DNA of 61,654 bases, counting the filler, from Asterionella formosa (lineage: Eukaryota): NCBI GenBank assembly GCA_002256025.1. It is 13 parts of 13 records of this genome, joined end to end, with 100 filler letters (N's around TTAATTAATTAA, not from the genome) between each part and the next. Parts side by side here need not be neighbours in the genome. Positions count along the whole stretch, not along the records: positions 57,021 to 61,654 come from NKIB01013430.1; 12 more parts are not named here. The stretch is one strand, 5' to 3'. The stretch's first letter is position 1; the number at the start of each line of letters is the position of its first letter. Below, piece after piece: positions 60,738 through 61,654 of this stretch. The notes below the pieces were generated by a model. The model did not search any database, had not been told where the DNA came from, and saw nothing but the letters and a program-made list of their open reading frames with translations. Position numbers and translations under genes: made by a program.

Positions 60738-61654
60738 CTAAAGTACGACTGTGGGATCATATCCAAGCAACCTAAAGTCTTGTTCGAATTCCTTTGCCAC
60801 AGCCTGTATCAATTCTGGTGTGGAGTATACCTTGGACAATGATCCACCCAACTCTTTTTCTTTTTTCCGCTTTCCAAATGCCGTATTGGATTCAAGCATC
60901 GCTTCGCCGTGTTTGGCATCAAAGTAGGTTTGCAATTCTGGTGATTGTATCTTGTCCAATACAATTTGCATGTCGGCATCAAAGTGTTCCAATCGTCCAA
61001 TAAAGTCCACAACAGGACAGTTTTTGGAATCAAACAAAAAATTAATTTGTGGCGAGTAATGATGTGGTGACGTGCTGGACATGAGAATCCGTTCCTGATT
61101 CGTAGCCAAGGCAAATGTTTCAAAGGTATATGGTGCTCGGTGGTTTCGCATGGAATCCGCCATGCTGTATCCACTGTACAATCTAGAAAATGGACTTCGA
61201 ACAAAGGACCATTTAAAGTAGTCTCTATATTTGGCCACATTGATTCCACAATTCACAATTTCTAACACATGGTCTCCCATGGGACATGGCTTTTCAGTTC
61301 GTCCACAGAGTGCATTCTTTAAAAACGCCTTGACTGTCATCCCACCCGATTTCAATACATGAATGTACATGAATTTGTATTGATGAGAAATGGCACACCC
61401 AGATCCAGAGTTGGCTGATCCTGAAAGTACCATTCTGGTCCCTCTAAAAGTGTCGTTGTTGTAGGAAAGAAAGCCATAGTCGCTCAACGAATCTGACGCA
61501 GTGCATGGTTGGAGCAGGCATTGTTGGTCATCATGACCTGGTGGTTTGGAAACGCAAATGCGGCTGGTTGTCTTTGATTGCATCTTATTCATGAGTGCTC
61601 CATCGTAATGAGGATCATGATGAGGGTGAGGATCATGATGGGGTTCACCAAGAA
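60738..61654 (-). CDS. Sulfotransferase family 2 (carbohydrate sulfotransferase-like), 5' partial
   Basis: 5'-PSB YIHVLKSGGMT, 3'-PB FVRSPFSRLYSGY, HHYSPQ, DFIGRLE and DFRLLGY. The frame is open to the window end. Confidence 0.88.
   Translation of the reverse strand, partial: LGEPHHDPHPHHDPHYDGALMNKMQSKTTSRICVSKPPGHDDQQCLLQPCTASDSLSDYGFLSYNNDTFRGTRMVLSGSANSGSGCAISHQYKFMYIHVLKSGGMTVKAFLKNALCGRTEKPCPMGDHVLEIVNCGINVAKYRDYFKWSFVRSPFSRLYSGYSMADSMRNHRAPYTFETFALATNQERILMSSTSPHHYSPQINFLFDSKNCPVVDFIGRLEHFDADMQIVLDKIQSPELQTYFDAKHGEAMLESNTAFGKRKKEKELGGSLSKVYSTPELIQAVAKEFEQDFRLLGYDPTVVL

Overview
This window is not one locus. It is 13 unrelated contigs of about 4.63-4.67 kb, sorted by decreasing length and joined by artificial 100-bp spacers (N44-TTAATTAATTAA-N44). 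Adjacency across a spacer is meaningless and the ORFs containing X runs are artefacts. The content points to a eukaryote, most likely a diatom or other photosynthetic stramenopile: short GT-AG introns, ASAFAP-type bipartite plastid presequences, a silaffin-like protein and diatom-type gypsy elements. Host genes: SDP1-like patatin lipase, TLDc protein, WD40 protein, FkbM-type methyltransferase, partial PFK, TRAPPC5, PDZ+CRAL-TRIO protein, quinone oxidoreductase, sulfotransferase, several uncharacterised proteins and a DUF1647-like pseudogene. Mobile DNA: three pieces of one gypsy LTR family, a Copia RNase H relic, a solo LTR, two decayed Tc1/mariner-superfamily transposases, a four-copy tRNA-Ala-derived SINE, a dispersed repeat and tandem arrays. 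The most interesting signals are: (1) an LRR-ARM gene whose near-identical 84-bp LRR units vary mainly at the ligand-facing xxLxLxx codons, with an orphan LRR cassette 0.8 kb upstream; (2) a gypsy family with a conserved palindromic non-tRNA sequence at the primer site, TTAGGG repeats in its LTR, and insertions in GGTACC-rich tracts, two of them about 300 bp head-to-head with host genes; (3) the tRNA-Ala SINE family; (4) a secreted PTS/KxxK/RXL protein that is a candidate biosilica component. All family assignments come from motif recognition by eye, not from database searches.
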